NCBI RefSeq assembly: GCF_006345805.1
Contig: NW_021836050.1
Location: forward strand, 1 to 26,279
Length of the DNA stretch: 26,279 nt
Reading direction: 5' to 3'
Source of the DNA: Octopus sinensis
Taxonomy: Eukaryota
Shown: positions 1 to 10,555 of the stretch, piece by piece
Numbering within the stretch: position 1 is the stretch's first letter
Layout of the letters: each line of letters opens with the position of its first letter
Position numbers and translations under genes: made by a program
Notes under the pieces: model-generated
Told to the model about the DNA's origin: nothing
What the model saw: the letters and a program-made list of their open reading frames with translations, nothing else
Databases searched by the model: none

Positions 1-171
1 TGTCAATTTATATAATTAAATATATACTATAGTACATATATATATATATATCTATATAATATCTATATATATATATTATATATATATATATATATACATA
101 TTTATTTGTAGAAGAAGAAAAGGTACAGTTTACATAGTTCTCATATTTTATAAGTGAAAGAGTATTGTGTT

Positions 172-204
172 TGGCGACCGGTTTCGTTTTCGCTAATCAC
201 GACA
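172..204 (-). ncRNA. Eroded minimal type-I hammerhead ribozyme motif
   Basis: Minus strand reads tgtc-GTGATTA-g cgaaaac-GAAA-CCGG-TC-gcca. GAAA, palindromic ACCGGT stem III and GUC triplet are intact; the CUGANGA box and stem I are mutated. Confidence 0.45.
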
Positions 205-454
205 TTGAAATTATTGTAAGTTTGTATTTTCTTAAGAATATTTTAGTCCATGTTGTGTGTGGAGAAGTTTGTGAATGAATGATTCAACCAGTAGAAAAAT
301 CTAAGGGGAAGTAATTGTTGATCGTTATTGTTGAAGACAGGGGATGTAATTGCTCAACTTACGGGGAGGGGATAAATAAATACATATACAGAAACTCAAA
401 AGCTAAAGTAGTGAGATGTAATATGTACAGTGATGGGTATGTGATTATGAATTA

Positions 455-770
455 AAATATATACAGGGATCATATTTAAACATGTTCTGTATTTTTTTAT
501 GAAGAAATATTTTTATTAAACGTTCTTGTACAAAAATTGATTCTTAGCACTGGTAGATAGGGAAAACTATGATGTTTGGTTGGATATTAGCTGCATATCT
601 CTCTATATGTTTATTCAAATGAACCTGTCGGTATTGCGGGAATCGGATCTGTTCTTTATGTAGTGTGGTTCTCCCTCTCAGTGTCATACTTGTCTGTCCT
701 ATATAATCATTTCCGCAACCTAAACAGGTTATAAAATTGAAGCACAAGTGATGATTTAACTGCGAACCTC
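455..770 (-). pseudogene. Degenerate GIY-YIG endonuclease domain of a Penelope-like element
   Basis: ORF 544-747 plus frameshifted flanks (GGRFAVKSS / TCAS upstream; ERLIK...FFIKKYRTCLN downstream). Contains a stop and indels. Confidence 0.75.
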
Positions 771-1149
771 CCTCCTTGTTTACGGAAAATTACACAAATC
801 TGGGACAGACACATGCACAAACACACACACATACACACGCTAACATACACTCATCCACACACGCATACGCACTCACTAATATATACGCAAGGGTATGCCG
901 AAAAGTTCATAGCATTAAAGGCGCCGCGAAAGGCCTGGTTCAATTTCCAGCGTTCCGACTTCTTGCTCACACGTAACTATCGTCCAACGTTCTTTTCGTC
1001 ACGTGACCATCTTTATTTTTCCGCACGGACTTCTGTCTTCTATCTTTTCTCTTTTCAAAGAAGATATTTCTCCCAGCGTTCACTATTTTCCACTTGTTCT
1101 GGTCTAACGATCTTCCATGTTTGTTTTCGTTCGGTTTTCTTCTATGTCT

Positions 1150-1400
1150 CCACTGTCCTGTTTTTGTTCCCAACTTTGACCCTCGATAAATACTAAATTT
1201 TAATTTATAATTTATGGTAGCAACTGTATTTAAAAAATCCCATTGTCTTTGAATGCTCGAAATGAGGAGTAGATAGACAGCCGACAACTGATGAAGGGTC
1301 CTTTCTCTGTGTTTACTTCTGGTTTTCCACTTTTTTCTCGTTGTTTACGTATTTAACTCGTTTGTTTACGCATTTTCATGTTGTTTTGCACAGTTGGGGA
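1150..1400. repeat. Unclassified interspersed repeat, homologous to the core of the 498-bp duplicated unit
   Basis: Shared blocks cactgtc.tgtttttgtt.ccaacttt, agcaactgt, atgctcgaaat and caactgatgaaggg with 10971-11130 and 11469-11628. Confidence 0.7.
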
Positions 1401-1417
1401 CGTCCTTTACCCATATA

Positions 1418-1471
<54 letters not shown>

Positions 1472-1502
1472 GTAAAAAAGGAAATGTGGAACACGAGTTG
1501 TG

Positions 1503-1849
1503 ATATATAAAAAAGGAAATGAAGGAAATGCTGACAAAATAATTTAAGTATATTAAGTAATTTTTAATTAGGTGAAAGTTCTTTTACCGGTTGCGCATTT
1601 GTTATGCTTATCAAAAGATATTTTTTAAAAGAGATAGAGTTCCTTTCTGATAGATTTTTTCTCTTATCTGACTATAAAATCAGATAAGAGGAAAAAATCT
1701 ACCAGAAAGGAACTCTATCTCTCTTAAAAAAATATCTTTTGAAAGGCATAACAAATGCGCAACCGGTAAAAAGAACTTCCACCTAATTAAATTACTTAAA
1801 TTACTTAAATTATTTTGTCAGCATTTTCTTCATTTCCTTTTTTATATAT
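1503..1849. repeat. Long imperfect inverted repeat (about 170-bp arms, 8-nt loop)
   Basis: Arms 1503-1671 and 1680-1849 are reverse complements with a few substitutions and small indels; loop ctataaaa at 1672-1679. Confidence 0.95.
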
Positions 1850-1978
1850 ATATGTATATACATATATATATAATGGTGTAATAAAGTATTGATTGGGTAT
1901 CATCTGATAGTTGATTGTTTTATTGATTTAAGTATGGTTTTCTCCATTTTCTAATTTTGTATTATATACATATATATA

Positions 1979-2030
<52 letters not shown>

Positions 2031-2149
2031 ATGTGTGCGAATCTGAGAGGAGAATATGTTGAATAAAATCGTAACTAACGTATCCTCCTGTATTTTCTTT
2101 CACCCAAAGCCAGGCAACTTTCAGTACCCTTTTATATAAACGGCGTGCT

Positions 2150-2297
2150 TCCACACAATTTCCGTTGGGCAAATTCACTCATTAGGTATTGATCGTCCCG
2201 AACCTATAATTGAAGAGACTTGCTCAAGGAGCTGCGCACTGGTGCTGAACACAAAACTACGTGTTTGGAAAGTGAACTTGCTAACAGCCATGCCTGC
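2150..2297 (-). mobile_element. Degenerate tRNA/CORE-like SINE head (type B)
   Basis: Diverged match to the reverse complement of 22359-22515 (gaagagacttgctcaagg versus gaagacacttgcccaagg). Confidence 0.5.
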
Positions 2298-2715
2298 TCC
2301 TAAACACGCACACACACGGACGGACACATGAACAGACACACACACATGTCTGTGTGTGTATATACTCGTATATATATATATACATATATGCATATGCATA
2401 TATATATATATATGAATGTATGTGTATGTGTGTATATATGTGTGTGTCCGTGTGTGTGTGTGCATTTGTGTGTTCGTGTATGTGTATATGTGTGTGCATA
2501 TTTCTTATTACCTGTTTCTGCGACTGGACTGCGGCAAAAGCGAGCCACCTGCTTGATGAGCGTCAGTCAACCAAATCGAGCCAACATGTTTTGTCTGGCA
2601 CCTATTCCGTCGTCTCTTTAGCCAAGTTATATAAACGTAAATAAACCTTCATAGGTTGTTAAGCAGCGAAATATAAACAAATGCGCGCGCACAGGTACAC
2701 AGACACATATTCTTT

Positions 2716-2912
2716 TCTACTGTAGGCACAAAGACTGAAATTTTGGCGGGAGGGGGCAGTCGATTAGATCGACCCCAGTACGCAAGTAGCATTTAATTTA
2801 TCGACCCCGAAAGGATGACAGACAAATTTGACCTCGGCGGAATTTGAACTCAAAACTTTAAGACAGACGAAATACTGCTAACGTGCTTAACGTTTCTGCT
2901 AGCTCTCCTCCT
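2716..2912 (-). mobile_element. tRNA-derived SINE, type A
   Basis: B-box GAGTTCAAATTCC and core tcatcctttcggggtcgataaa shared with the 8694, 10556, 21098 and 21574-21976 copies. Confidence 0.8.
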
Positions 2913-3148
2913 TTACACACACACACACACCGTAAATAAATATATATATACATAAATATATATATACATATATACACACATACATAAATATATATATACA
3001 TATATGTATATATATTTATATCCATCTATCTGTCTGCCTGTCTGTTTGTCTCTCGCTCTCTCTCTCTCTCCATATGTATATATCTATATATATATATTAT
3101 ATATATATATATATAATATATATATATATATATGTGAGTGTGTGTGTA

Positions 3149-4392
3149 TTCTTTAATTCTTTAAGTTCTTTAAACTGTTTCAGCTTTGAAGCTGTGGTCA
3201 TGCTGGGGCACCACCATTGGCTGTGTTATCATTATTTGAAACCTCCTCTGATATGCGGCATTTGGTGAACGAGGGGGTTTGGTGTTGCTGCTCTCATCTG
3301 TCTTTCTTGCCGTGAGGTAGGCTCATCTGGAACCCTTGACAGAAGGAGATCCAGTTTTGTCTTAATGACACCTACACCGACACCACTCAGGCCTCTCAGG
3401 CATGCTGGAGGGATATTGAAGAGCTGTGGGCCCTTGAAACCCAAGCTGTTGCCTTATCTGGTTCTGTATCTTGATGGCGATATTGGGATCTTTGTCACTA
3501 TGCAGTGGCACCCCGTTCTACTGCTTGTGTAACTTTTAATGCCATAGTTTGGTACAAGGCCTTCCAGGATTTTCCAGATGTATATCACTGCATATCTTTA
3601 CCGCCTTCGTTATTGGAAGAGTTATAGCTCTTTCAGTCTTTCCCAACAGCTGATATGCTGCATTGAGATAATTTTCTTTGTGTAGCTTCGTTGGGTTGCT
3701 CGAGTTCTGCCGGTAATTTTATACTGTGTGGTGACCAGAGATGGTAGCAGTAGTCCAAGCAGCTGAGGACATATGTCATTGAAAGGACCATCATTGTTTC
3801 CCTGTCTTTCGTTTTGAAATTACGGAGGGTCCATCCGGTTAGCCGTTTGCATTTTATTACGAAATTAGTAATATGCACCTGGAAAGATGCATCATTACTC
3901 ATGTAAGCGCCCAGATCACGCACTGATTTTGATTCAGAGATTGCAGTTCTTCTCGGGCCAGTGTATCCTCTCTACATGTTCAGCTTTGTGTGCTGGTAGT
4001 GCAGGGATTGGAATTTTCCTGCATGCTGTTGTCTTCAGCCCACCTGTATATTGCACCCAACTCCCTTTGCAGATGCGCAAAGTTGCCGGGATTCTGTATT
4101 GTCTGAGAGACATTTGTGTCATCTGCATAGCTGGTGAGCAGCTGAAGGCATGTCTAAGAGGGCCACTGTAACTAGCAGCGGCCCTCAGACAGTGCCCAGT
4201 GGACTACCACTTACTATTTGTGTTTCCTTTGAGGTGGTTCTATTGGTCACAACTGCCTGACGTCTATCTTTTAAAAAGTCGTGTAGCTACTCTCCTAGTT
4301 TCCCGAATATGCCGAGATCACGCAGTTTGTGTCATATTATACCATGGTCGACTTTATCAAAGGCGTTTGCATAGTCAAGATAAATCACATCG
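3149..4392 (-). mobile_element. 5'-truncated, degenerate copy of the same LINE group as 12201-15980 (RT and C-terminal region, 3' hairpins, ~(TTAAAGAA)3 tail)
   Basis: Reverse complement aligns with about 14700-15952 (gtgatttatcttgactatgcaaacgcctttgataaagtcgaccatgg; RDLGAYMS; DYC..LWSP; GFKGPQLFNI). Multiple frameshifts and stops. Confidence 0.9.
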
Positions 4393-4410
4393 AGTTATAT
4401 CTCGATATTT

Positions 4411-4482
4411 CATATACATACATACATACATACATACATAGATACATACATACATACATACATACATACATACATACATACA

Positions 4483-4512
<30 letters not shown>
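4411..4512. repeat. (CATA)n microsatellite
   Basis: Near-perfect tetranucleotide run; an inverted (TGTA)n run lies at about 4659-4710. Confidence 0.95.
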
Positions 4513-4514
<2 letters not shown>

Positions 4515-4660
4515 GGACGAGCTTTCAGCTTCCGTCTACCAGATCCACTCACAAGGCGCGTGGCTATAATAGAAGACACTTGCCCAAGGTTCCACGAAGT
4601 AGATCTGAACCCGGAAACATGTAGTTGGGAAGCAAGCGTCTTACCACACAGCCACGGCTG
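4515..4660 (-). mobile_element. tRNA/CORE-like SINE head (type B)
   Basis: Reverse complement matches 22359-22515: ggctgtgtggtaag...ccgggttcag...ccttgggcaagtgtcttcta. Confidence 0.8.
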
Positions 4661-4664
4661 TATG

Positions 4665-4698
<34 letters not shown>

Positions 4699-4710
4699 TG
4701 TATGTATGTA

Positions 4711-5167
4711 GTGCCAGGTCACTTTTGAGTGCTACTGGTAACATGTAACCCAGTACAACCTGTTGCATGGTCGGGTCGTCGGCGACTAAACCGGCAACCA
4801 CACCAAGCTTGCTTGGTGAGGAGGGTGTTTATTGGACACCCTGCGGGATGAAAAACAAAACCCGTCAAGGGGCGGGGGAACTCTTGAGAGTCAACGGCCA
4901 TCCAATAACTGCCTTAAGGCTGTCTCATGCGCGGGGACATAGAAATAATCGGACTGATCGCGTGGTTAAACCATTGGGAGTGAAGGACTCCTAGCTTTTG
5001 TTAGGGCATCTTTCCAGGAGAAAGTAACTCAGGTAACTGGGATAACTCCGATATAAAACCTGTGGGTTACCGATGATGTTGACTTGTTCTTCTTTTCGGA
5101 TTATGGCTGCTGTTGCTTAGTGAGTGGGATTGACTCAGTGCACAGCATTTCCCCATTTAAAAAAAAA
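4711..5167 (+). mobile_element. GC-rich interspersed element, possibly a non-autonomous RTE-derived retroposon
   Basis: GC-rich island between microsatellites ending in a short A run. The ggagaaagtaactc...aaacc stretch resembles RTE 5' UTR motifs as I recall them. No ORF with recognisable domains. Confidence 0.35.
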
Positions 5168-5304
5168 TATTCTTGCACAGGCATTGCACGATAACAGTAT
5201 TGATTAAGCTTCGTGCAATGGCCATACTCGATAACGAGGGGGTAGCCACCATGTATGTATGCATACATATATATCTATATATCTATATATCTATATACTC
5301 TCTC

Positions 5305-5348
<44 letters not shown>

Positions 5349-5979
5349 CACAGGCATATAAACACATAATATATATGCTCACACACATATATACACACAC
5401 ACATATACAAACAAACACACATACGCCCAACACATGTACACATATATATATATATCCACATGCATAAATAATATACAAACACGCACATATACATGTAACA
5501 TGTAAGGTTAGGATTACACAGAAATAGCCTCTGCAGCTATCGTATTTAGAGCGTAGCTTCATACATAATTCACATGAAGGTATTGCTACGAATAATACAG
5601 AAATGCCACTAACAGCGCTAACTAGTTATAACTAAAATGTTATGTCGATAAACCAGTGCGAGAGATAAGAATTGTTTTAACACTTATCTCGCAACTGTAT
5701 CTAGAATATTATATGAACCATAGCTTATCATATTAAGGTTACATCTTTGCATATATTTCACCGTTGTATATGTTAAGTCATTTTATTTTATAGGTCTAGG
5801 AGTGGGTGTGTAGTAAAGAGCTTCCTTCCAAACCACATGGTTCCGGGTTCAGTTCCACTGCGTGGCATCTTTGGCAAGTGTTGTCTACTATGGCTACGGG
5901 CCGACCAAAGCCCTGTGAGTGAATTTGGTAGGCGGGAAACTGGTGAAACTGAAAGAAGGGCGTCGTATATATATATATA

Positions 5980-6180
5980 GACGCCATGATAGATTGTTAG
6001 CCACTACACAATTTTTTTTTCTCTCCTTGTTTCTCTCCTTGTTTTCTGTGTCCCTTTCTGTAGAAGAGCGTAGGCTCGAAACGTAAAAGACTTTTTCTAT
6101 TCGTGAGCGTTATACTAATACATCTGTTTGTTTTGTACACCACCTGTTTTCGTCTTTTGTTGTTTTTTTCGTAAACTCTC
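5980..6180 (+). mobile_element. Probable Penelope-like pLTR fragment
   Basis: Non-microsatellite block inserted in the SINE microsatellite; contains a minimal hammerhead fold at 6054-6089. Confidence 0.55.
6054..6089 (+). ncRNA. Minimal type-I hammerhead ribozyme, A6U core variant
   Basis: cttt-CTGTAGA-A-gagc(gtag)gctc-GAA-ACGT-A-aaag: stem I 4 bp, stem II 4 bp, palindromic stem III ACGU, GUA triplet (cleavage predicted after 6085). Confidence 0.6.
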
Positions 6181-6816
6181 TCTCTCTCTCTCTCCCCTCT
6201 CTTCTCTCTCTCTCTCTCTCTCTCTCTTATATATATATATATATATATTATTATATATATATATATATAATATATATATCTACATATATATACATATATA
6301 TATATATTTACACACACAAATACATATACATCAAATACACATACACATGCACACACATGTATATGTATTTGTTATTTGTGTCTGTGTTTGTCCCTCCACC
6401 ATCGCTTGACAACCGATGTTGGTGTGTTTACGTCACCATAGCGGTTCAGCAAAATGCGACCAATACAATAAGTACTTAGACTTACAAAGAATAAGTCCTG
6501 GGATCGATTTGTTCGACTAAAAGCGGTGCCGCAGTAAACGACTAAAACAACTAAAAGAATAACAAAATACATGCATACTTCATGTATTGCAGAGAATGCA
6601 AAAACAAAAAAAAAAAAGAAAATCCTTTCTTTTTGTTTTACTCTTTTGAAACTTAAGTCTATATTATTAATATATCTCATTGTCACTGAACTTTCGATCA
6701 TGCATGATTGTTAGGAATTCGTCGTAAATTTTGAACTTTTATTATTTGTCTTTCGGAATCAAGTTTTTCCGAATTTTCTCTTGTACCTTCATTCTCTCTT
6801 AATCTCTTTCGTTATT

Positions 6817-6854
6817 TACCCTTGAAAAACACAAATGTAGAAACCGGTATGGTA
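6817..6854 (+). ncRNA. Candidate hammerhead variant with U3-A8 core
   Basis: taccc-TTGAAAA-aca(caaa)tgt-a-GAA-ACCGGT-A-tggta: stem I 4 of 5 bp, 3-bp stem II, palindromic stem III, GUA triplet. Confidence 0.45.
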
Positions 6855-6937
6855 TTATGATAATCTTGTAAAAAATGCAAAACTAAAATTCGTTTACGCT
6901 TTAGGTGCACTTTCCATCCCGCAAACCGACTCTCCTT

Positions 6938-7004
<67 letters not shown>

Positions 7005-7030
7005 GTCTGTCTGTCTGTTTGTTTGTTTCC

Positions 7031-7248
7031 TTTATCTTTTACTTCAGTCATTAGACTACAGCCACGCTGATGCAATGCTTTGAGAAATTTTAGGGGAACG
7101 AATCAGCCCCAGTCCATTTTTTTTTCTAAGACTAGTACTTAATCTACCGGTCTGTTTTACCGAACCACTAAGCTACGGAAACGTAATCACACGAACACTG
7201 GTTATCAATCGGTGTTGCAGGACGAAGACAGAGAGACACACACACACG

Positions 7249-7287
<39 letters not shown>

Positions 7288-7375
7288 TCACACTCACGCA
7301 CATATACACACATACACACATATATGACGGGATTCTTTAAGTTTCCATCTAGCAAATCCACACACAAGGTATTTG
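7031..7375 (-). mobile_element. 5'-truncated type B SINE with internal (CA)n microsatellite
   Basis: 7031-7235 matches the type B tail (including tagtc-taat-gactg hairpin); 7325-7375 matches the end of the type B head. Confidence 0.7.
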
Positions 7376-8089
7376 TATGTATGTATGTATGTATGTATGT
7401 ATGTATGTATTGAAGGATGGATGGATGGATGAATGGATGGATGGATGGATGGATGGATGGATGTATAATTCTCATGTTTAGGTTTTCTGTGCTCTAACGC
7501 CTCACAGTGCTATAAAGAAAGTGTTCTATCATATTTTAGGTTTTGTTTATACATACGTTTCTGAGGCATTATCACACCATTACTTATGCAGATATTCAAT
7601 TATAACACTTTTAACACATTGATATAGCTACTGTAACATCGAATAAAATGTATATGGAAAGGTGTAAAATCGTTGTGTTTCACTGACTCATATCGGCATA
7701 TTCATACATACATACATACATACATACATGCATACATACATACATACATACATACATACACACACATATACACACACTCACACACACAAGAGTTTCAGAA
7801 CACCACCAATCTTACGATAAATATATACACGAGCAATGCAATGAACATTTTAAAAAATAGGTTTACCTTCAGATTGAATACGAAGATAAATAATACATAT
7901 CTGAATTTCAATTGACTTCATGCTTTGCATGATAAACATACTCTGCAATCATCGGTTGTAAATATTTGACATCTATTTCCAAAATATTCACTACGTCATT
8001 TTTACTGTTTATAACGGTAATAATACATCACATTAAAATATTTTTTTGTTTACGATAGTTTTTTTTCTTAACGGAGCGGGACGTTTAAA

Positions 8090-8290
8090 ATCTGAAACGA
8101 ACATGATTTGACGTAGTAAATATTTTGGAAATAGACGTCAAATACTATTTCCAAGACACCTGATGAAGACTGGAGGATATATCAGTCGAAACGTTGTGTT
8201 AACAACAAACAAGATGAGAACAAATATCCGTCAATTGTAAATAATGTAAATAACGTACATAATTCCTCATCTCTTAAATATAGAACAGAT
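8090..8290 (+). mobile_element. Probable Penelope-like pLTR remnant hosting an intact hammerhead
   Basis: Contains the 8155-8200 hammerhead and an upstream 8-bp hairpin (ggaaatag/ctatttcc, 8127-8152). Boundaries approximate. Confidence 0.5.
8155..8200 (+). ncRNA. Minimal type-I hammerhead ribozyme with canonical core
   Basis: gacac-CTGATGA-A-gactg(gaggatatat)cagtc-GAA-ACGT-T-gtgtt: stem I 5 bp (one G.U), stem II 5 bp, palindromic stem III, GUU triplet (cleavage predicted after 8195). Confidence 0.75.
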
Positions 8291-8371
8291 TATCTTTTAT
8301 TTTATATTTAGCTTATGATCAGTTGAACACAAGCTCATATGAAGAAACTTTTAGCACCGTTTAGATACACT

Positions 8372-9045
8372 TTAACCTTCTTACTGCCATATTTCATGTA
8401 TTTGCTATCTTTGCTGAAGTATGTTGCCTTTGTTTCAGTTAATTTTGCAAATAATGAATGAATTTCGGCGAACCTCGAAGCAGATAAAGCTATAAATAAC
8501 ACTGTGTAAATGTTGGGTTAAAAACACCCTTTGGATGGAAAACGTCGAAGGATATCATTCTATTCAAAGTATTTTTAACTCAATACTTATACAATATTAT
8601 CTATACCTTCCAAAAAAGAATTATTTCACGTTCTTGAAGCTTCTAAATTCTTAGGAATTTAGTAAAATAACAGATATCCAGCAGTCGTCGCCAGGCGGCG
8701 AGCTAGGAGAATCGGTACCGCGAAAAACAAATAGCTTCGTGGCATTTCGTCCGTCTTTACGTTCTGAGTTCAAATTCCACCGAAGGCGACTTTGCTTTTT
8801 GTCCTTTCGGGGTTGATAAAGTAAGTACCAGTTAAATACTGGGGTCGATGTAATCGACTTAACCTCTCTCCCGAAACTGCGGGCCTTACGCCAAAATTTG
8901 ACATCATTATTAACTGGCGTTTAGAACATAAAACAAAATTTTGATCGAATATTTTCTTTAATTTAAATCATTCCAAACCAGAAAGTTTGTATCATAGAAC
9001 CAAAGAAGTCAAAGGCGGGTTTGTATATGAAAAAAAAAAGGTTAA
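8372..9045. mobile_element. Possible piggyBac-like MITE with nested insertions
   Basis: TTAA|CCTT at 8372-8379 and AAGG|TTAA at 9038-9045; only a 4-bp perfect TIR; contains the type A SINE at 8694-8901. Confidence 0.35.
8694..8901 (+). mobile_element. tRNA-derived SINE, type A (tail variant Y)
   Basis: ggcggcgagct head, GAGTTCAAATTCC B-box, tcctttcggggttgataaa core, tail ending ccaaaatttga. Confidence 0.8.
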
Positions 9046-9623
9046 ATATGGAAAACATATACCAAGCTCTAGACACATCTAATACAAAAGCGTATTGAGC
9101 ACTTTGATGTTTTTTGTATCACCAATTAAGCAACAACACTATGTTAGCAGTATGTAGAGATCGATAAATGATTATGTGTCAAAGATGACTTATTGTGAAT
9201 ACAATTATATATTTTTAGGTCTATTAACCTTAGCTTTACAAAATATGAATATTTTAATATTTAATTCTGCACAAAGTTTCATTCGGTTTGTTCTCCGATC
9301 GTTATCAGGTGAATTAATCCCAGATGTGTACATCGTATTGAATTTGAAATCTGCATCTTAAAACTGTGTAGTAACTCTCTTGCACACTCAGCTACTACTC
9401 TATGTACAATTAATGATTCATTTCTAGGTTATTCTATTAACTTTTCAGTAAAGGCAGCCATATTAAGTTGATGTCAGCACTAGGACTAATGATTGGGTTT
9501 CCAGGAAGCTCTCTGCGTCGTTCGTCTTTGATATTTCTAGGATTCCAGCGTGGTTTACTATGAATTATGGAAATTTCATACCATATCGGAATATCTTTCA
9601 TTCACTACACACACACACACACA

Positions 9624-9663
<40 letters not shown>

Positions 9664-9723
9664 GCACGCACGCACACACACACACGTACACGCACACACA
9701 CACACACACATTCACATCATACA

Positions 9724-9780
<57 letters not shown>

Positions 9781-9925
9781 ATATATATACACACATGTAT
9801 ACATAAATGCATATATGTATATAAATGTCTCTGTATGTATATATATATATGTATATATATAGATATACACATACACATAAACATATATATATATATGAAT
9901 ATACGTATATATGTATGTGTATCTT

Positions 9926-9994
<69 letters not shown>

Positions 9995-10555
9995 GTGTCT
10001 ATCTATATGTTCAACCGTCTCTGGCTTACATGTTGATCCCTATATCAAGAGATCAAACCAACTAGAATATTGTGTAGACGTAAATGGTAAAATATTTTTT
10101 TTCTTTTCAAACGATGAGGTTAATAGTTCGAAATACGATAATCCTAGTCTGATGTGTAATTGTCAAATGTGAGCTAAGAGGGATTACATGGCAAGACCTA
10201 AATGTGTTGGAGCCATGATTCTACCGCATTACATTCCATCTGAGTGTACTCATGAACAATATAATTAAATGCGTCACTCAATTTAAAGATGGGACAAAGT
10301 GATATGAGGGAGAACTTGGTAGCTATATTTATTAAAACAAGTGACAACGTTCAAGTCTCTCTCTGATTTGATGCACATGTCGTACAAACACAAAAACTAG
10401 AAGACGGTATACAATTGCATTGTTCACCACACGCGACACATGAAAACAAACTTATCGAAACGATAGCAACTGATTAATAAATATAATATAGTTATCTTCA
10501 TTGTTTGCTTACATATATCTATCTATACATACATATACATTCATACATACATATA

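Larger units (their letters stand above)
105..775 (-). mobile_element. Penelope-like retroelement 3' remnant (GIY-YIG endonuclease fragment followed by pLTR-like region)
   Basis: Minus-strand peptide ITCLGCGNDYIGQTSMTLRGRTTLHKEQI matches the PLE GIY-YIG pattern (C-x2-C...YIGQT...LR.R...H). An eroded hammerhead motif lies downstream on the same strand (172-204). Confidence 0.75.
884..2135 (+). mobile_element. Mariner-derived non-autonomous element/MITE split by nested insertions
   Basis: Imperfect TIRs aagggtatgccgaaaagttcatagcatt (about 889-916) and aaagccaggcaactttcagtaccctt (2106-2131) with TA flanks. 2034-2066 encodes CANLRGEYVE*, a typical mariner transposase C-terminus. Confidence 0.55.
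5793..6560 (+). mobile_element. Type B SINE with internal microsatellite, interrupted by a Penelope-like fragment
   Basis: Head 5793-5965 matches 22359-22518; tail 6415-6560 matches 22518-22667; (TA)/(CT)/(CA) tracts and the 5980-6180 insert lie between. Confidence 0.75.

Noticed and set aside
1288-1294. CTGATGA followed by AGGG here and at 11113 and 11611, with CGAAAT upstream
   Set aside because: No downstream GAAA, and stems I and III could not be built for a type II or III permutation, so not called as hammerheads.
4711-4800. HDV-like ribozyme at the 5' end of the putative RTE-derived element
   Set aside because: Only simple hairpins could be formed; the nested P1/P1.1/P2/P3 pseudoknot could not be built by eye.
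7868-7942. Possible minus-strand exon (ttgcag acceptor, GTAAAC donor), and an open frame near 9450-9570 on the minus strand
   Set aside because: Short, no recognisable protein similarity, and splice-like motifs are expected by chance in AT-rich DNA.
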